From: an uncultured Verrucomicrobiae bacterium
Lineage (GTDB): Bacteria; Verrucomicrobiota; Verrucomicrobiia; Chthoniobacterales; UBA10450
Length of the DNA stretch: 64,000 bases
Direction of reading: 5' to 3'
Assembly (NCBI GenBank): GCA_963834385.1
Contig: CAWIBO010000002.1
Span: 1,283,967 to 1,347,966, forward strand
The notes below the pieces were generated by a model. The model was given only the letters and a program-made list of their open reading frames with translations, searched no databases and had not been told where the DNA came from. The position numbers and the translations under genes were made by a program. Below, piece by piece: positions 42,202 to 53,776 of the stretch. Position 1 is the first letter of the stretch. Every line of letters starts with the position of its first letter.

Positions 42202-43710
42202 TTAGCCGGACGGCGCGGCCTGTCGAATGTCGTAGAGCCGCAGCTCGGGATTAAGGATGTAGACCGGGCCCGGTTTCCGGCGCCAGACGAGTTTGCCCCG
42301 GGTGAAAAGTTCGCGGTAAAACTCGGCGCGCCGGTGAAACTGCTCCTCCGCGCCTGGGAGGGGGCTGGTGCCTTCAAACCGGCGAAATCCCTGGCGGGTG
42401 ACGGCGACGTGCGTCACGCCCCGGGCTTGCAAGGCGGAGAACGAACCGAAGTCGCCGGCAAACGGAGCGGGCGGGAGCAGATGTTTTTCGGGCAGGAACC
42501 GGCCGAGATGGCAGCGGTTCTCGTAAGCGACGAGATGGTCGGGCGGCAAATGCGCGCGCATCCATTCCGCCAGGTCGCGCCGGTGATCGCGTGTGAAAGC
42601 GCGATGAGTGGCGAGAGCGACGTGGCCCAGTTGAAGGAGAAGGGCCAGGGAGAGAAGAGCAACCATCAGGATGGCGGGACGCCGAAGGCGGGGCGATGCG
42701 AGGGGCGCGAGTTGCCAGAGCCAGGCGAAACCAAGGCCTCCGACGAACATTAAGGTGACATCGGCCGGCAGGAGGTAGCGACCGGTCTGGTGTGCGCTGG
42801 GAGAAAGCAGGAGTCCGTAAAGAAAAGGGAAGCAAAGAAGAAAGAGGCCGGGAGCGAGCAACCGCGTCCGACGACGGACCCAGAGACTGGCGGCGAAAAG
42901 CGCAGAGAGGGTCCAGAGAGCGACCGGGACGTCGCGCATCAGACGCTCCAGCCAGCGAAAGGGGGGAGAGGGGAGACGCACCCCGGAGGCGTTATTGAGG
43001 CGGTTGAGTTCCCCGGTGACGCCGGCGAGCCAGTGCGACGGGTGGGCCAGGGCGGGCCAGTTCAAGAGTGCCATCGTCCCGAGAAAGGCGAGAAAGGTGA
43101 GGCCGGCCAGGCGCAGACGGGACGAAGCCGGGCTCCCGGAAACCGGCAGGGAGGGATGTCGGAGGAAAATGAGGAGGGCCGGCGCGAGCAGGACCGCGCC
43201 GATATATTTGCCGGAAGCGGCCACGCCGACGGCGAGCCCAAGGAAGGCCGCGCGGCCGGCGGAAAACTGTTCCCAGACCAGGTGAAGGGCGAGGAACGAA
43301 AGGGCGATCCCGAAAAGGAGGGCGGTGTCTTCCTTGAAAAAATGGGCAAACTCGAGCAGGCGCGGGTGGAAAAGGAGGACGGTGCCGCCCGCGAGACCTC
43401 CGGCCAGGCCAGCCAGGCGAAAGCCAAGAAGCGAGAAGAGCGCGACCGCCCCGGCGGCGAAGAGTGCGGCGGCCAGTCGGCCCGTGCGCGCAATGGCTTG
43501 TTCGCCGGAACCGTCACGAAAGCTCTGCAGGAGCGTGGCCGCATTGAGCAGGAGCAGAGGATGATGAAAATTGCGCGAACCCGTTTGCACCTGCCTGACC
43601 TTGCTCATCTCGTCCGGATGATAAGAGACGGGGAAATGCAGGTGTTGGGAGAAGAGAGTGAACGCTCCCGCAAAGAAGAGAAGGGCGAGGAGGAAGGGCC
43701 TGGTCCTCAT
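42202..43710 (-). CDS. ArnT/PMT-like GT-C glycosyltransferase
   Basis: Start MRTRPFLL; YHPDE, HPLL, FKED, GKY, RYLLP; multiple TMs. Confidence 0.75.
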   Translation of the reverse strand: MRTRPFLLALLFFAGAFTLFSQHLHFPVSYHPDEMSKVRQVQTGSRNFHHPLLLLNAATLLQSFRDGSGEQAIARTGRLAAALFAAGAVALFSLLGFRLAGLAGGLAGGTVLLFHPRLLEFAHFFKEDTALLFGIALSFLALHLVWEQFSAGRAAFLGLAVGVAASGKYIGAVLLAPALLIFLRHPSLPVSGSPASSRLRLAGLTFLAFLGTMALLNWPALAHPSHWLAGVTGELNRLNNASGVRLPSPPFRWLERLMRDVPVALWTLSALFAASLWVRRRTRLLAPGLFLLCFPFLYGLLLSPSAHQTGRYLLPADVTLMFVGGLGFAWLWQLAPLASPRLRRPAILMVALLSLALLLQLGHVALATHRAFTRDHRRDLAEWMRAHLPPDHLVAYENRCHLGRFLPEKHLLPPAPFAGDFGSFSALQARGVTHVAVTRQGFRRFEGTSPLPGAEEQFHRRAEFYRELFTRGKLVWRRKPGPVYILNPELRLYDIRQAAPSG

Positions 43711-43721
43711 GGGACCGGGGC

Positions 43722-46451
43722 TCAGGCGACCGGAAGGTGGGTAACGACGTTGGTGCAGCGATCGCAAAGCTCGGGGTGTTCCGGATGGCGCCCAACACTG
43801 GCGCGATGGCGCCAGCAGCGCGCGCATTTGGCGTGCGGGGTGCGCGAGATGGTGGCCGACGGTTCGCCCCCTTCGGAGGTCTCGAGGGTGAGATCGCTCA
43901 GGATGAAAAATTCCTCCAGCTCCTCCGGAGCGAGACCGGCCACGGCCGACGGGTTGCAGCGGAGAAGAACGGCGCCCTCGAGCGCATTCCCGATCAATTT
44001 TTCCTGGCGCGCCTTCTCGACGGCCTGGCCAATGACGGCGCGGAGTTTGAGCAACTGTTCAACCTGCTCCAGCGCGGCCGAGGCGCGCGCGGGCGCGGCT
44101 TCCGGAAAGGTTTGCAGGTGAACCGAGTCGCCGGGATTGAGATAGCCCCAGGCTTCCTCGGCGGTGAATGCGAGGACCGGGGCCAGAAGCCGGCAGAGCG
44201 CGTCATAGATCCGGCGCATGACCGCCTGGGTGGCGCGGCGGCGCGGCGAATCAGCGAAATCGCAATAGAGTCGATCCTTGGTGATATCAACGTAGAGACT
44301 GCTCAGATCGACCGCGCAGAACTGGTTGATGGTGTGGTAGACGCGATGAAATTCGAAGTCCGCGTAGGCGGCGCGGCATTCCGTGATGACGGCGTCGAGC
44401 CGCTGTGAGGCCCAGTGATCCACCACCGTGCCGCCGGTCGCGTCGAGACCGGCCGGGGCATCGGAAAAATTGCCGTGCAGGATGCGAAGGGTGTTGCGGA
44501 TGCGGCGGTAGGTGTCGCCGAGCCGGGTGAACATCTCCTCCGAGAACGGGACATCGTCGGTGTAATTGACGCTGCTGACCCAGAGGCGGACGAGGTCGGC
44601 GCCGTGTTTGCCCACGAAATGGCCCGCATCCATCGGCTTGTTGTAGGTGCTCGACTTCGAGATCTTCCGGCCGTCGACGTCGACCACGAAGCCGTGCGTG
44701 ACGCAGGTGCGGTAGGGCGCCCGGCCATGCAGGGCGACGCTGGTCATGAGCGACGATTGAAACCAGCCGCGGTGCTGGTCGGTCGCCTCGAGATACATGT
44801 CGGCCGGGTCGTGCAGCTCGGGATGACTCGCGCAAACGGCGGCGTGCGAGACACCCGAATCGATCCAGACGTCGATGGTGTCATTGCGATGACGGGTGCC
44901 GGCGGGCAGGTCGAGTTCGCGGGCCAGGGCCTCATCATCGAGCTCGAACCAGATGTTGGAGCCGCGCTGCGCCACCTTGTCGGCCAGGCGGCGGATCCAG
45001 TCCGGCTGGAGCAGCGCTTCACCGGTGGCGGAATAAAACACGGGGAGCGGGACGCCCCAGCTGCGCTGGCGCGAGATGACCCAGTCCGGGCGGGACTCGA
45101 CCGTGCCGGCGATGCGGTTCTCGCCCCAGGCGGGGATCCAGCGCACCTGCTCATGGATGGACTCGAGCGCGGTGGCGCGGAGATCGTCGATGCGGATGAA
45201 GAACTGCTCGACGGCGCGGAAGATGATCGGCGTCTTGGAGCGCCAGCAGTAGGGATAGGAGTGCTGATATTTCCGCTCGGCCACGAGCAGGCCGCGCTTT
45301 TCCAGCAGTTGCACGATGTCGGCGTTGGCGTCGAAGACGTATTTCCCCACGAGGTCGGGCAGTTGCGCCGCTTCCGTGTAACGACCCTGGGGATCCACCG
45401 GCGAAAGGATCTGAAGCTTGTGCTGGCGACCGAGGTTGTAGTCATCCTCGCCATGGCCGGGCGCGATATGGACACAGCCGGTGCCGGTGTCCATGGTGAC
45501 AAAGTCGGCCGGCAGAATGACCGAGTCCCGCTCGAGAAAGGGATGGCGCGCTTTTTCTCCATCGAGGGTGCGCCCCGGAAATGAGCGTAACGGTTCTCCG
45601 GTCGGTTCCCAGCCGGTCTCCTGGCAAAACGGGCCCACCAGTTTGTCGGCCAGGATCAGGATTTCCGTCTTCCCGTCGCGCTGGAATTCCTGCGCCACGT
45701 AGGTTTCCTCGGGATGCACCGCGAGGGCAAGGTTGGCCGGCAGGGTCCAGGGCGTGGTTGTCCAAATGACGATGGAGACGTCCCGATTCCCCGCCCAATC
45801 CTGCTTCGGGAGGGGGAAGCGGACGTGCACGGCCGTGTCTTCGCGGTCCTGATATTCCACCTCCGCCTCGGCCAGCGCGGTTTGCGCGCCTGTGCTCCAG
45901 AAGACCGGCTTGAGCGATTCGTAGACCAGGCCTTTCTCGACGAAGACGGCGAAGGCGCGCAGGATCTCCGCCTCGTACTCCGGGGCCATGGTCAGGTAAG
46001 GCCGTTCCCAGTCGCCGAGGACGCCGAGCCGCTTGAATTGCGTCCGCTGGATATCGACAAATTTGCGGGCAAAGGCTTCCGATTTCTGGCGCACCTCGAG
46101 CGGCGTGAGGCCGCGCGTTTCTTTCACGACCTTGTACTCGATCGGGAGACCGTGGCAGTCCCAGCCGGGAACGTAGGGAGCGCGAAACCCAGCCATCGTT
46201 TTCGATTTCACGACAAGGTCCTTGAGGATCTTGTTCAGGGCGGTGCCCATGTGGACGTCACCATTGGCAAAAGGCGGTCCGTCGTGCAGAACAAAAGTTT
46301 CCGCGCCGGCGCGAGCTTCCTGGATGCGCCGGTAGAGACCGGATTCCTCCCAGCGGGCGAGGATCTCCGGTTCGCGCTGGGCCAGGTTGGCCTTCATCGG
46401 GAAATCCGTCTTCGGCAGGTTGAGGGTTTCCTTGTAGTTCGGCGGCGCCAT
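43722..46451 (-). CDS. ileS: Isoleucine--tRNA ligase
   Basis: [13 protein letters not shown] (HIGH variant), [23 protein letters not shown]-terminal CARCW..CDRC. Confidence 0.97.
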   Translation of the reverse strand: MAPPNYKETLNLPKTDFPMKANLAQREPEILARWEESGLYRRIQEARAGAETFVLHDGPPFANGDVHMGTALNKILKDLVVKSKTMAGFRAPYVPGWDCHGLPIEYKVVKETRGLTPLEVRQKSEAFARKFVDIQRTQFKRLGVLGDWERPYLTMAPEYEAEILRAFAVFVEKGLVYESLKPVFWSTGAQTALAEAEVEYQDREDTAVHVRFPLPKQDWAGNRDVSIVIWTTTPWTLPANLALAVHPEETYVAQEFQRDGKTEILILADKLVGPFCQETGWEPTGEPLRSFPGRTLDGEKARHPFLERDSVILPADFVTMDTGTGCVHIAPGHGEDDYNLGRQHKLQILSPVDPQGRYTEAAQLPDLVGKYVFDANADIVQLLEKRGLLVAERKYQHSYPYCWRSKTPIIFRAVEQFFIRIDDLRATALESIHEQVRWIPAWGENRIAGTVESRPDWVISRQRSWGVPLPVFYSATGEALLQPDWIRRLADKVAQRGSNIWFELDDEALARELDLPAGTRHRNDTIDVWIDSGVSHAAVCASHPELHDPADMYLEATDQHRGWFQSSLMTSVALHGRAPYRTCVTHGFVVDVDGRKISKSSTYNKPMDAGHFVGKHGADLVRLWVSSVNYTDDVPFSEEMFTRLGDTYRRIRNTLRILHGNFSDAPAGLDATGGTVVDHWASQRLDAVITECRAAYADFEFHRVYHTINQFCAVDLSSLYVDITKDRLYCDFADSPRRRATQAVMRRIYDALCRLLAPVLAFTAEEAWGYLNPGDSVHLQTFPEAAPARASAALEQVEQLLKLRAVIGQAVEKARQEKLIGNALEGAVLLRCNPSAVAGLAPEELEEFFILSDLTLETSEGGEPSATISRTPHAKCARCWRHRASVGRHPEHPELCDRCTNVVTHLPVA

Positions 46452-46762
46452 GGGAGCGGCGAAGCTACCACCCGGTATTTGCGTAGGCAACGAGCGCGAA
46501 GCGCCAATTGGGATCGCAGCGAACCACCACGTAGGGGAAAGAATTAGCGCGCGACGATTCCCCGGAGGAATCGGGGAGGGGCGGTGAAAAGTGCAGGGCG
46601 CCGGAAAATTTTCCGCGTCCGCCGGCTGGGGCAGCGGCGTAACCCGGTTGCTACGGCAAAACAGGGCAGGCTGCGCGGCAGGGGACGAAGCTTCGGCAAC
46701 GTCGCCGCGCAGCCATTGCCGGGCGAGGCGGATCCACGACACTTCCGGAGCACCCGCGCAAC

Positions 46763-46792
46763 AAAAAGGCCGATCCTTTTCGGATCGGCCCT
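46763..46792 (-). terminator. Rho-independent terminator
   Basis: Minus strand GGCCGATCC-GAAAA-GGATCGGCC followed by TTTTT, downstream of 46820..47119. Confidence 0.8.
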
Positions 46793-46819
46793 TCGCAATT
46801 TTCCTTGGTCGCTCGCTCG

Positions 46820-47119
46820 TTATCTTCCGAGAGCAGGGTCGGCTTCCGCCGCAATCTCCGCTGCGGTGCTGCGTCCCGCCCTGGAACTCTGCTCGATTTC
46901 CTTACGTCCCACGACACGCAGATTGCTCTGGGTCGCGGTCCCGATTGATTTGACCTTAACTTTTTGCGGGATGTACGAACCGGTCAGCATCACGCGCTGA
47001 GTCTTTTGCTCCTTTGTTTTGGCATATGGCTCGATCATTTCATCCGCCACGGCGGTGAATGCCAATCCCACGCCAACGACTGCTGCCAGCGCCATCCCTT
47101 TGGCCACGTTTGTTCTCAT
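46820..47119 (-). CDS. Small exported protein resembling TonB-box/plug N-terminus
   Basis: Signal peptide; [21 protein letters not shown]; own extended -10 (TGGTATATT) and terminator. Confidence 0.7.
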   Translation of the reverse strand: MRTNVAKGMALAAVVGVGLAFTAVADEMIEPYAKTKEQKTQRVMLTGSYIPQKVKVKSIGTATQSNLRVVGRKEIEQSSRAGRSTAAEIAAEADPALGR

Positions 47120-47302
47120 AGTAATATAATATACCATCGGCAGGGAGGTTTGTCCCCGCCTCCTCCTACTTTTTATTCGCAACGCGAAGAATAACGGACG
47201 CACCGGGCAGGCGGGCCGGAAAAATAACTGCATCTCCCCGGCCGAACGGCCGCGATTGACGATTCAGAAGGGCGCGCCCCGGCCTTCGGCTCCGTCAAGA
47301 CA

Positions 47303-47713
47303 ATGCCTGATTCCAAGCTTCGATTGCTCCTGGTGGAGGATCATCCCGCCACGTTGCGGGCGATCACGTCGTATCTGGAGCAAAGCTACGAGGTGGAAGC
47401 GGCGGCGGATTTTGCCACGGCCCTGGAAAAGGGGACGCGCTCGGGGTTCGATCTCATGATCGCGGATCTGAGCCTGCCGGACGGGAACGGCTGGGAATTG
47501 CTGGAACGGTTGCAGCGGCGCAGTCCGGTCAAGGCGATCGCGATGAGCGGTTACGGCGAGGAACGCGATCTGGCGCGGAGCAGGACGTCTGGTTTCCTGG
47601 AGCACCTGGTGAAACCGGTCACCCCGGAGGAACTGGAGGAAGCGATCATCCGCGCGCTCGCTGCCGGCGAAGGAGAAGCCTCCGAGCCGGGAAAAGGGTC
47701 CCGGACAGAGTAA
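47303..47713 (+). CDS. Single-domain response regulator (REC)
   Basis: LLVEDH, IADLSLPDGNG, MSGY, LVKP. Confidence 0.9.
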   Translation: MPDSKLRLLLVEDHPATLRAITSYLEQSYEVEAAADFATALEKGTRSGFDLMIADLSLPDGNGWELLERLQRRSPVKAIAMSGYGEERDLARSRTSGFLEHLVKPVTPEELEEAIIRALAAGEGEASEPGKGSRTE

Positions 47714-47730
47714 TCGAGTCCGAAAGGAAG

Positions 47731-47759
47731 AGGGCGGACCCCTTTCGGAGTCCGCCCCT
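47731..47759. terminator. Hairpin between convergent genes (possible terminator)
   Basis: GGGCGGAC...GTCCGCCC stem. Confidence 0.5.
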
Positions 47760-47771
47760 GATCAGCAGCCT

Positions 47772-47951
47772 TTAGTGGCCGGTGGACTGTCCCGGTTGAC
47801 CGGACTGTCCTGGTTGTCCCGTCTGTCCGGGTTTTTGTCCGGGCTGGCCCGTCTGTCCGGGCTGGCCGGTTTGACCCGGTTGCCCGGTCTGGCCCGGCTG
47901 ATTCTGCTGCTGTCCCGGCTGCGTGCCGGATTTTTCCTGTTCTCTGTCCAT
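47772..47951 (-). CDS. 59-aa Gly-Gln-Pro/Thr repeat small protein
   Basis: AGGGAGG Shine-Dalgarno before ATG; MDREQEKSGTQPGQQQNQPGQTGQPGQTGQPGQTGQPGQKPGQTGQPGQSGQPGQSTGH; synonymous variation between repeats. Confidence 0.7.
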   Translation of the reverse strand: MDREQEKSGTQPGQQQNQPGQTGQPGQTGQPGQTGQPGQKPGQTGQPGQSGQPGQSTGH

Positions 47952-48135
47952 TGATCCTCCCTGTTGAACCCATGGTGCCCGCGTCGGCGGACACTCATGG
48001 AGAAATCGCCGGAGGCGACCGGTGCCGGATGGCAGAAAAATGCCGCGGGATTTTCACCAGCCGGCACGATGTTCAGCGGCGTAGTGTTCCGTGGGACGTG
48101 AGCATTGCTTCGCAATGGGCGTTGTCCCACAGTGA

Positions 48136-51100
48136 ATGAACACGATGTCAGAACTGAAAACGCCGTCGGAAGCCGCCCCGGATCCTGCGGCCACGGATGA
48201 GACGAGCGAGAACGCGCGCCATGGCGTGGCGAAACGGCGCGACGCGAGCGAACCAGACGCGGTGGTTGGTCTCGGCGCCTCTGCGGGAGGTGTCGCGGCG
48301 CTACAGCAGTTTTTCAGCGAGATCCCCGCGAAAACGGGCGTGGCCTTCGTCGTGGTGATGCATCTCTCTCCCGAGCACGAGAGCAACCTGGCTGCCGTCA
48401 TCCAGCAAAAGACCGCCCTGCCGGTCCTGCAGGTAAACGGGCCCGTCCGGGTGAACCCGGATCATGTCTATGTGATTCCGCCCAGCAAGCAGATGACGTT
48501 CGCCGAAAGCACGCTGCACCTCGTCGAGCCGCAGCAATCAATCGGGCGCCGGGTGACGATCGATTTGTTTTTGCGCACGCTGGCCCAGGCCTACGGGCAG
48601 CGGGCGGTCGGGATCATTCTCTCCGGGACCGATGCGGACGGCGCGATCGGGATCAAGCATGTGCGGGCGCAGGGCGGGGTGACCATGGCGCAGGACCCCG
48701 GGGAAGCGGAGCACAGCAGCATGCCTCTTTCCGCCATCAGCACCGGGATGGTGGACTGGGTGCTGCCAGTGGCGGCGATGCCGCAGAAGGTGGTTGAGTT
48801 TGTCGAGAACGAGCGGCCGGATGCAGTTGCCCCCGGAGGTTCGGGATGCGCCGGAGGCGAACTGTAAAGGTGAGCGACGCGCCCGGGGGCGAAACGATCT
48901 CAACGGAAACGCGGGAGTCGGAGGATGAATCCGCGCTGGTGGAGGTACTGGCGCACCTGCGCGGCCAGACCGGTCACGACTTTGCGCATTACAAGCGGGC
49001 GACGGTGCTGCGACGGGTGGCCCGGCGGTTGCAGGTCAATTCGCTGGAAACCATCCCGCAGTATCTCGGTTTTTTGCGGCGGCACCCGGCGGAGGCCCAG
49101 GCGCTTTTACAGGATCTCCTGATTGGCGTGACCCATTTTTTCCGGGATCAGGAATCCTTTGCGGCGGTGGAAGCCCATATGCCGCAACTCTTCGCCGGGC
49201 GGGAGAAAAAGGATGACCTGCGGATCTGGGTGCCGGGGTGCGCGACCGGCGAGGAGGCCTACTCCCTGGCCATGCTTCTCTGCGAACAGGCGGAGCGCCT
49301 GCCGGCGCCGCCTTCGCTCCAGGTTTTCGCGAGCGACATTGACGAACAATCGGTGCACGAGGCGCGCCAGGGTTTTTATCCCTCCACCATCGAGGCGGAC
49401 GTCTCGCCGGCGCGGCTCGAGCGTTTTTTCCGCAAGGATCACGGCCGCTACCGCGTGCGCAAGGAGCTGCGCGAGAAGGTTCTTTTCGCGGTGCATAACC
49501 TCCTGAGCGACGCCCCGTTTTCGCGGATCGACCTTGTCTCCTGCCGCAACCTCCTCATCTACCTGACGCCGGAGGCGCAGGAGAGAATCTTCGACATTTT
49601 TCATTTTGCGCTGCGCCCCGGCGGGCTGCTGTTCATGGGCGGCTCCGAGGGCGCGGGCATCGAAGCATTCTTTGCTCCGGTCGATTCGAAGCACCGGCTT
49701 TACGTCCGGCGTTCGGTCCCGCGGCCGGCCTGGCGGGTGCCGATCCTGCCGCTGGCGCCCCGGCGGCCGACACCGGTCTCACGCGGGATCATGGGCAGTC
49801 GCATCCTGTCGCCGCTCGTCCAGGCGGGCTTGAAAGAGGCGGGCATCGGCAGACCCCGGGACCCATCACGGGGGCCACGAGCGCCGCGCCGCGCTCTTCG
49901 GCGAACTGCACCTGAAGCTCCTCGAGCAATATGCCCCGCCCTCCGCGGTCGTGAACGAGGAGCACGACATCATTCATCTCTCCGAGAAAGCGGGGCACTA
50001 CCTCCAGTTCTCGGCCGGAGAACCCTCGGCCAATATTCTCTCTGTGATTCATCCGGCGTTGCGGGTGGAATTGCGCACTGCGCTTTTCCGGGCGTCACAG
50101 GGCGGCGAGGAAACGGTTTCAGGCGCCCATTGCACAGTCGAGCTCGGAGGCACCACGGAAGACGTGGCCCTGCAGGTCCGGCGCCTGCACGGCATCTCCT
50201 CGGAGGTATTTTTTCTCATCCTTTTCGTCCGGCGCGAGGGCGCAGCGGAGACCCCGCCGAAATCGGCGCAGGGCGTGACCGGCGATCTCGAGGAAGAGAT
50301 TCTCTTCCTGAAGAATCAGTTGAGCAGCACGATCGAGCAAAGCGACGCCTCGAGCGAGGAGTTACGGGCCTCGAACGAGGAGCTCCAGGCCATGAACGAG
50401 GAGATGCGTTCGGCGGCGGAGGAGCTGGAAACGAGCAAGGAGGAGCTGCAATCGGTAAACGAGGAGTTGCTCACCGTGAACCAGGAGCTGAAGAGCAGCG
50501 TGGAGGAACTCAGCCGGGCCAATACCGACCTGAGCAACCTGATGGCGGCCACCGATATCGGGACCATTTTTCTCGATCGGACCCTGCGCATCCAGCGGTT
50601 CACGCCGAGCGCGCAGCGTATCTTCAACCTGCTTCCTTCTGATCTGGGCCGGCCGCTGGCCGATATCACGCACAAACTGCAGTACGAGGGATTGATCGAG
50701 GAGGCGTCCCACGTCCTCCAGGACCTGGGCACGGTCGAGCGCGAGGTGCCCATGGGCGAGAAAAGCTGGTTCCTGACCCGCCTGGCTCCCTATCGCACGA
50801 GCGAGGATCGCATCATGGGAGTGGTGGTGACCTTTGTGGATATTTCCCGTCGCAAACAGGCGGAGGAAGAGGTGCAGGGGACGCTTTCCCTGATCCAGCT
50901 TGCGACCGACGCCGCCCGGGCTGGATGGGGTTCATGGGAGGTCGGGACTGGCAAGGCCACCTGGGACGCGCGGGCCCGGCAAATCATCGGATTCGAATCA
51001 GATGAGAAGGCATCCCGGGCCGAGGGGTGGCGCGAGCGGATCGTGGCCGAGGATCGGGCAAAAGTGGAACAGGAGATGACGAAATCGGCCGAGGAGAAAC

Positions 51101-52734
51101 GGGATTTCAGCCTGGAATTCCGTATTCTTCGTGACCGGGGGGACGTCCGCACAGTGCGCATCACCGGGCGTTTTCAATATGATGTGGAGGGACAGGTCCA
51201 ACGGGGCACCGGCCTGGTGGTCGATTACACCGAGCAGCGGGAATTGGAGGAGCGGTTGCGCTGGCTTGCGATCAGCATGGATTCATCCCACGACGCGATC
51301 ACGACCTTCACGCCCGAGGGCAGGATCTTGAGCTGGAACCATGGCGCGCGGCTGCTTTACGGCCGGAGCAGCGAGGAGGCGCTGGGACAGGACATTTCGT
51401 CGGTGTTACCGGCGGAAAGCGCGCGGGAGACGCGTGCGATTTTTGCGCGGCTGCGCGAAGGGGAACCGGTTTCGCAGCTGCAACTGGAGCTGCCCGGCCC
51501 GAAACGGGGCCGGGTTGTGGCCTCGCTGACCTTTTCGCCCGTCCGTTCGCCGGGGGGCGATGTCATCGGCGTGGTGGCCATCGGCCAGGATGTTACCTCG
51601 ATGAAGGAGGCGGAAAAGCAGGTGCGCGAGAGCCGGGAACGTTACCGCCTGCTGGTCGAGGGCGCGGCGGATTACGCCATGTTTCTGATGGATTCCTCCG
51701 GGATCATCACGCACTGGAGCACCGGCGCGCAGAAAATTTTCGGGTGGAGCCCGGAGGAAGCGGTGGGGCAGTCGGGCGGAATTATTTTCACGGCGGAAGA
51801 CCGGGCCAATGGGGAGGTGGACAAGGAAGTGGAGGTGGCCCGCGCCAAAGGGGCCGCCTCGGACCGGCGCTGGCATGTGCGCAAGGACGGTTCGCAGCTC
51901 TGGGTGGATGGAATCATGCGCCGGTTGGACGATGAGAAAAGCGGCGAGCTTCGCGGCTTTGCCAAGATTTGCCGTGATGCGACCGAATATCGCCGCAGCC
52001 AGGACGCGTTGCGGCACGCCCACGAGGAACTCGAGCTCCGGGTGCGGGAACGGACGGCGGAACTCCAGGCGATGAACGATACACTCGAGGCGGAGATGGA
52101 ACGGCGGCAAAGCCTCGAGCGCGAGATTTTGCAGGTCACGGAACGGGAGCGGGCCCGGATCAGCCAGGACCTGCACGACAGTCTTTGCCAGGAGCTGACG
52201 GCCACGGCGTTTCTCTTGAAGCTCAGCGCCAAGCGGGTGGCGAAGGAGGACGTCTCAAGCGCCGAGGCTTTCCGGGAGGCGGCGGAGACGGTGAACCGCA
52301 ATGCCGGCCTGGCACGTGAGCTGGCCCGGGGCCTGCACCCCATGGTGCTGGGCCCGGGCGGTCTGCCTTCCGCCTTGAAGGAGCTTTGTTCGCGGCTGGG
52401 CGGTTCCGTTAACTGCAGTTGCGAATGTCCGCGCTCCGTCCGGATCGCGAGCCCGGATATCGCCTTGAACCTCTACCGGATTGCGCAGGAGGCCGTGGCC
52501 AACGCCATTAAACACAGCAAGGCCACCGGCATCACGCTTTCACTTAAACGCGATAAAAAGGACCTGGTTCTCACGGTCAGGGACAACGGGACGGGGCTTG
52601 GACGGAAAAAAGGGAGGGGAATGGGCATCCACTTGATGCAGTACCGTGCGAACGTTTCAGGCGGGACGCTCGAAGTTTCGTCGCAACGAAACAAGGGCAC
52701 GACCGTCACATGCCGGGTTCCATTAAAAAGATAG
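48136..52734 (+). CDS. CheB-CheR-PAS-histidine kinase fusion (about 1530 aa), broken by three apparent +1 frameshifts
   Basis: CheB GASAGG/VMHL/DADG; CheR GCATGEEAYS/CRNLLIY; EELQSVNEEL coiled coil; PAS domains; HisKA_3 QDLHD; shifts near 48817, 48865, 49860. Confidence 0.85.
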
Positions 52735-53414
52735 CTAACGGAGAGAAAAGCGAGACCGCGGAGAAGATCCGCCGGATCCTGGTCGTGGATGACCACCCGC
52801 TTTTCCGCAAAGGCGTGGTGCAGCTTCTGAACGACGAGCCGGATCTCCAGGTAGAGGGGGAAGCGGCGAGTAATAACGAGGCCCTCGGGGCCATTCGTCG
52901 CGAGCCTTTTGACCTGGCCGTGGTCGATATCGGCCTGGAAGGGAGCACCAACGGAATCGAGTTGACCAAATCGATCCGCGCGGAGAAGCCGGATCTCCCC
53001 GTCCTCATCCTTTCCATGCACGACGAGGCGCTTTTCGCCGAGCGGGCCCTGCGCGCGGGCGCCCGCGGTTATGTCATGAAACGCGAGGCGCTCGACCAGT
53101 TTATCGTGGCGGTTCGGACCGTCCTGCGGGGCGACATCTTCATCAGCGAAGAGATGTCGCGGCGGATGGTATTCGCCCACATCCAGGGCGGGACCGAGCC
53201 GCGGGCGCCGATCGACCGCCTGACCGACCGCGAGCTGGAAGTGCTCCAGTTGATCGGGAAAGGACGCGAGGTGAAGGAGATCGCGAAACAGTTGAACCTG
53301 AGCGCTAAGACGGTGGAAGCGCACCGGGCCCACATCAAGGAGAAGCTCAACCTGGCCAACGCGCGCCAGGTCGCGCGCTTCGCCATGGAATGGGTCAGCC
53401 AGAGCGAATCGTAA
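52710..53414 (+). CDS. NarL/LuxR-family response regulator
   Basis: VVDDHPLF, VVDI, LTDRELEVL, SAKTVEAHR. Confidence 0.92.
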   Translation: MPGSIKKIANGEKSETAEKIRRILVVDDHPLFRKGVVQLLNDEPDLQVEGEAASNNEALGAIRREPFDLAVVDIGLEGSTNGIELTKSIRAEKPDLPVLILSMHDEALFAERALRAGARGYVMKREALDQFIVAVRTVLRGDIFISEEMSRRMVFAHIQGGTEPRAPIDRLTDRELEVLQLIGKGREVKEIAKQLNLSAKTVEAHRAHIKEKLNLANARQVARFAMEWVSQSES

Positions 53415-53426
53415 GGGCGCCTTGGC

Positions 53427-53612
53427 TCAGGGCCGCGGCCCGTCGCCGTCACGCGCCCGTTTCATGATTCGGCGGGATTCCCGGCCGATGCGATCGCTTT
53501 CCGCCAGGAGCAACTCCAGGTCGCGCCCAAGAAGGGTCCCGGTCGCGGCGGCTTTTCCGCCGGCGCTCTTGGATTGTCGGGCGCGACTGCGCTGTTTGGC
53601 CGGTTTTGCCAT
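53427..53612 (-). CDS. Small basic hypothetical protein
   Basis: 61-aa ORF with ATG filling intergenic space; no motif. Confidence 0.35.
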   Translation of the reverse strand: MAKPAKQRSRARQSKSAGGKAAATGTLLGRDLELLLAESDRIGRESRRIMKRARDGDGPRP

Positions 53613-53776
53613 GGTTAGTTGGTGAACAATTTTTAATTTCGTCGCAAGAAGAAGTGCGGATGCACTCCCTGTCGGCGGTCGGGAAAGAAAATTCTCCGGC
53701 CCCCTGACCGGCCGAAAGTGCTCTTATCGACGAAACTGCTGGCAGCTTTATTCGCCTCCCCTAGATTCCTGCTCCG

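Noticed and set aside
46462..46475. GGGTGGTAGC upstream of ileS as T-box riboswitch
   Set aside because: Lacks TGGNACC core and stem I; better explained as extended -10
48060..48110. Sigma-54-like sites before cheB fusion (GGCACGATGTTCAGC; GGACGTGAGCATTGC)
   Set aside because: GG-GC spacing off by one
47551..48130. Track ORFs 47551..47994 and 47762..48130
   Set aside because: Alternate frames of the GQP repeat gene, which has the RBS and synonymous variation
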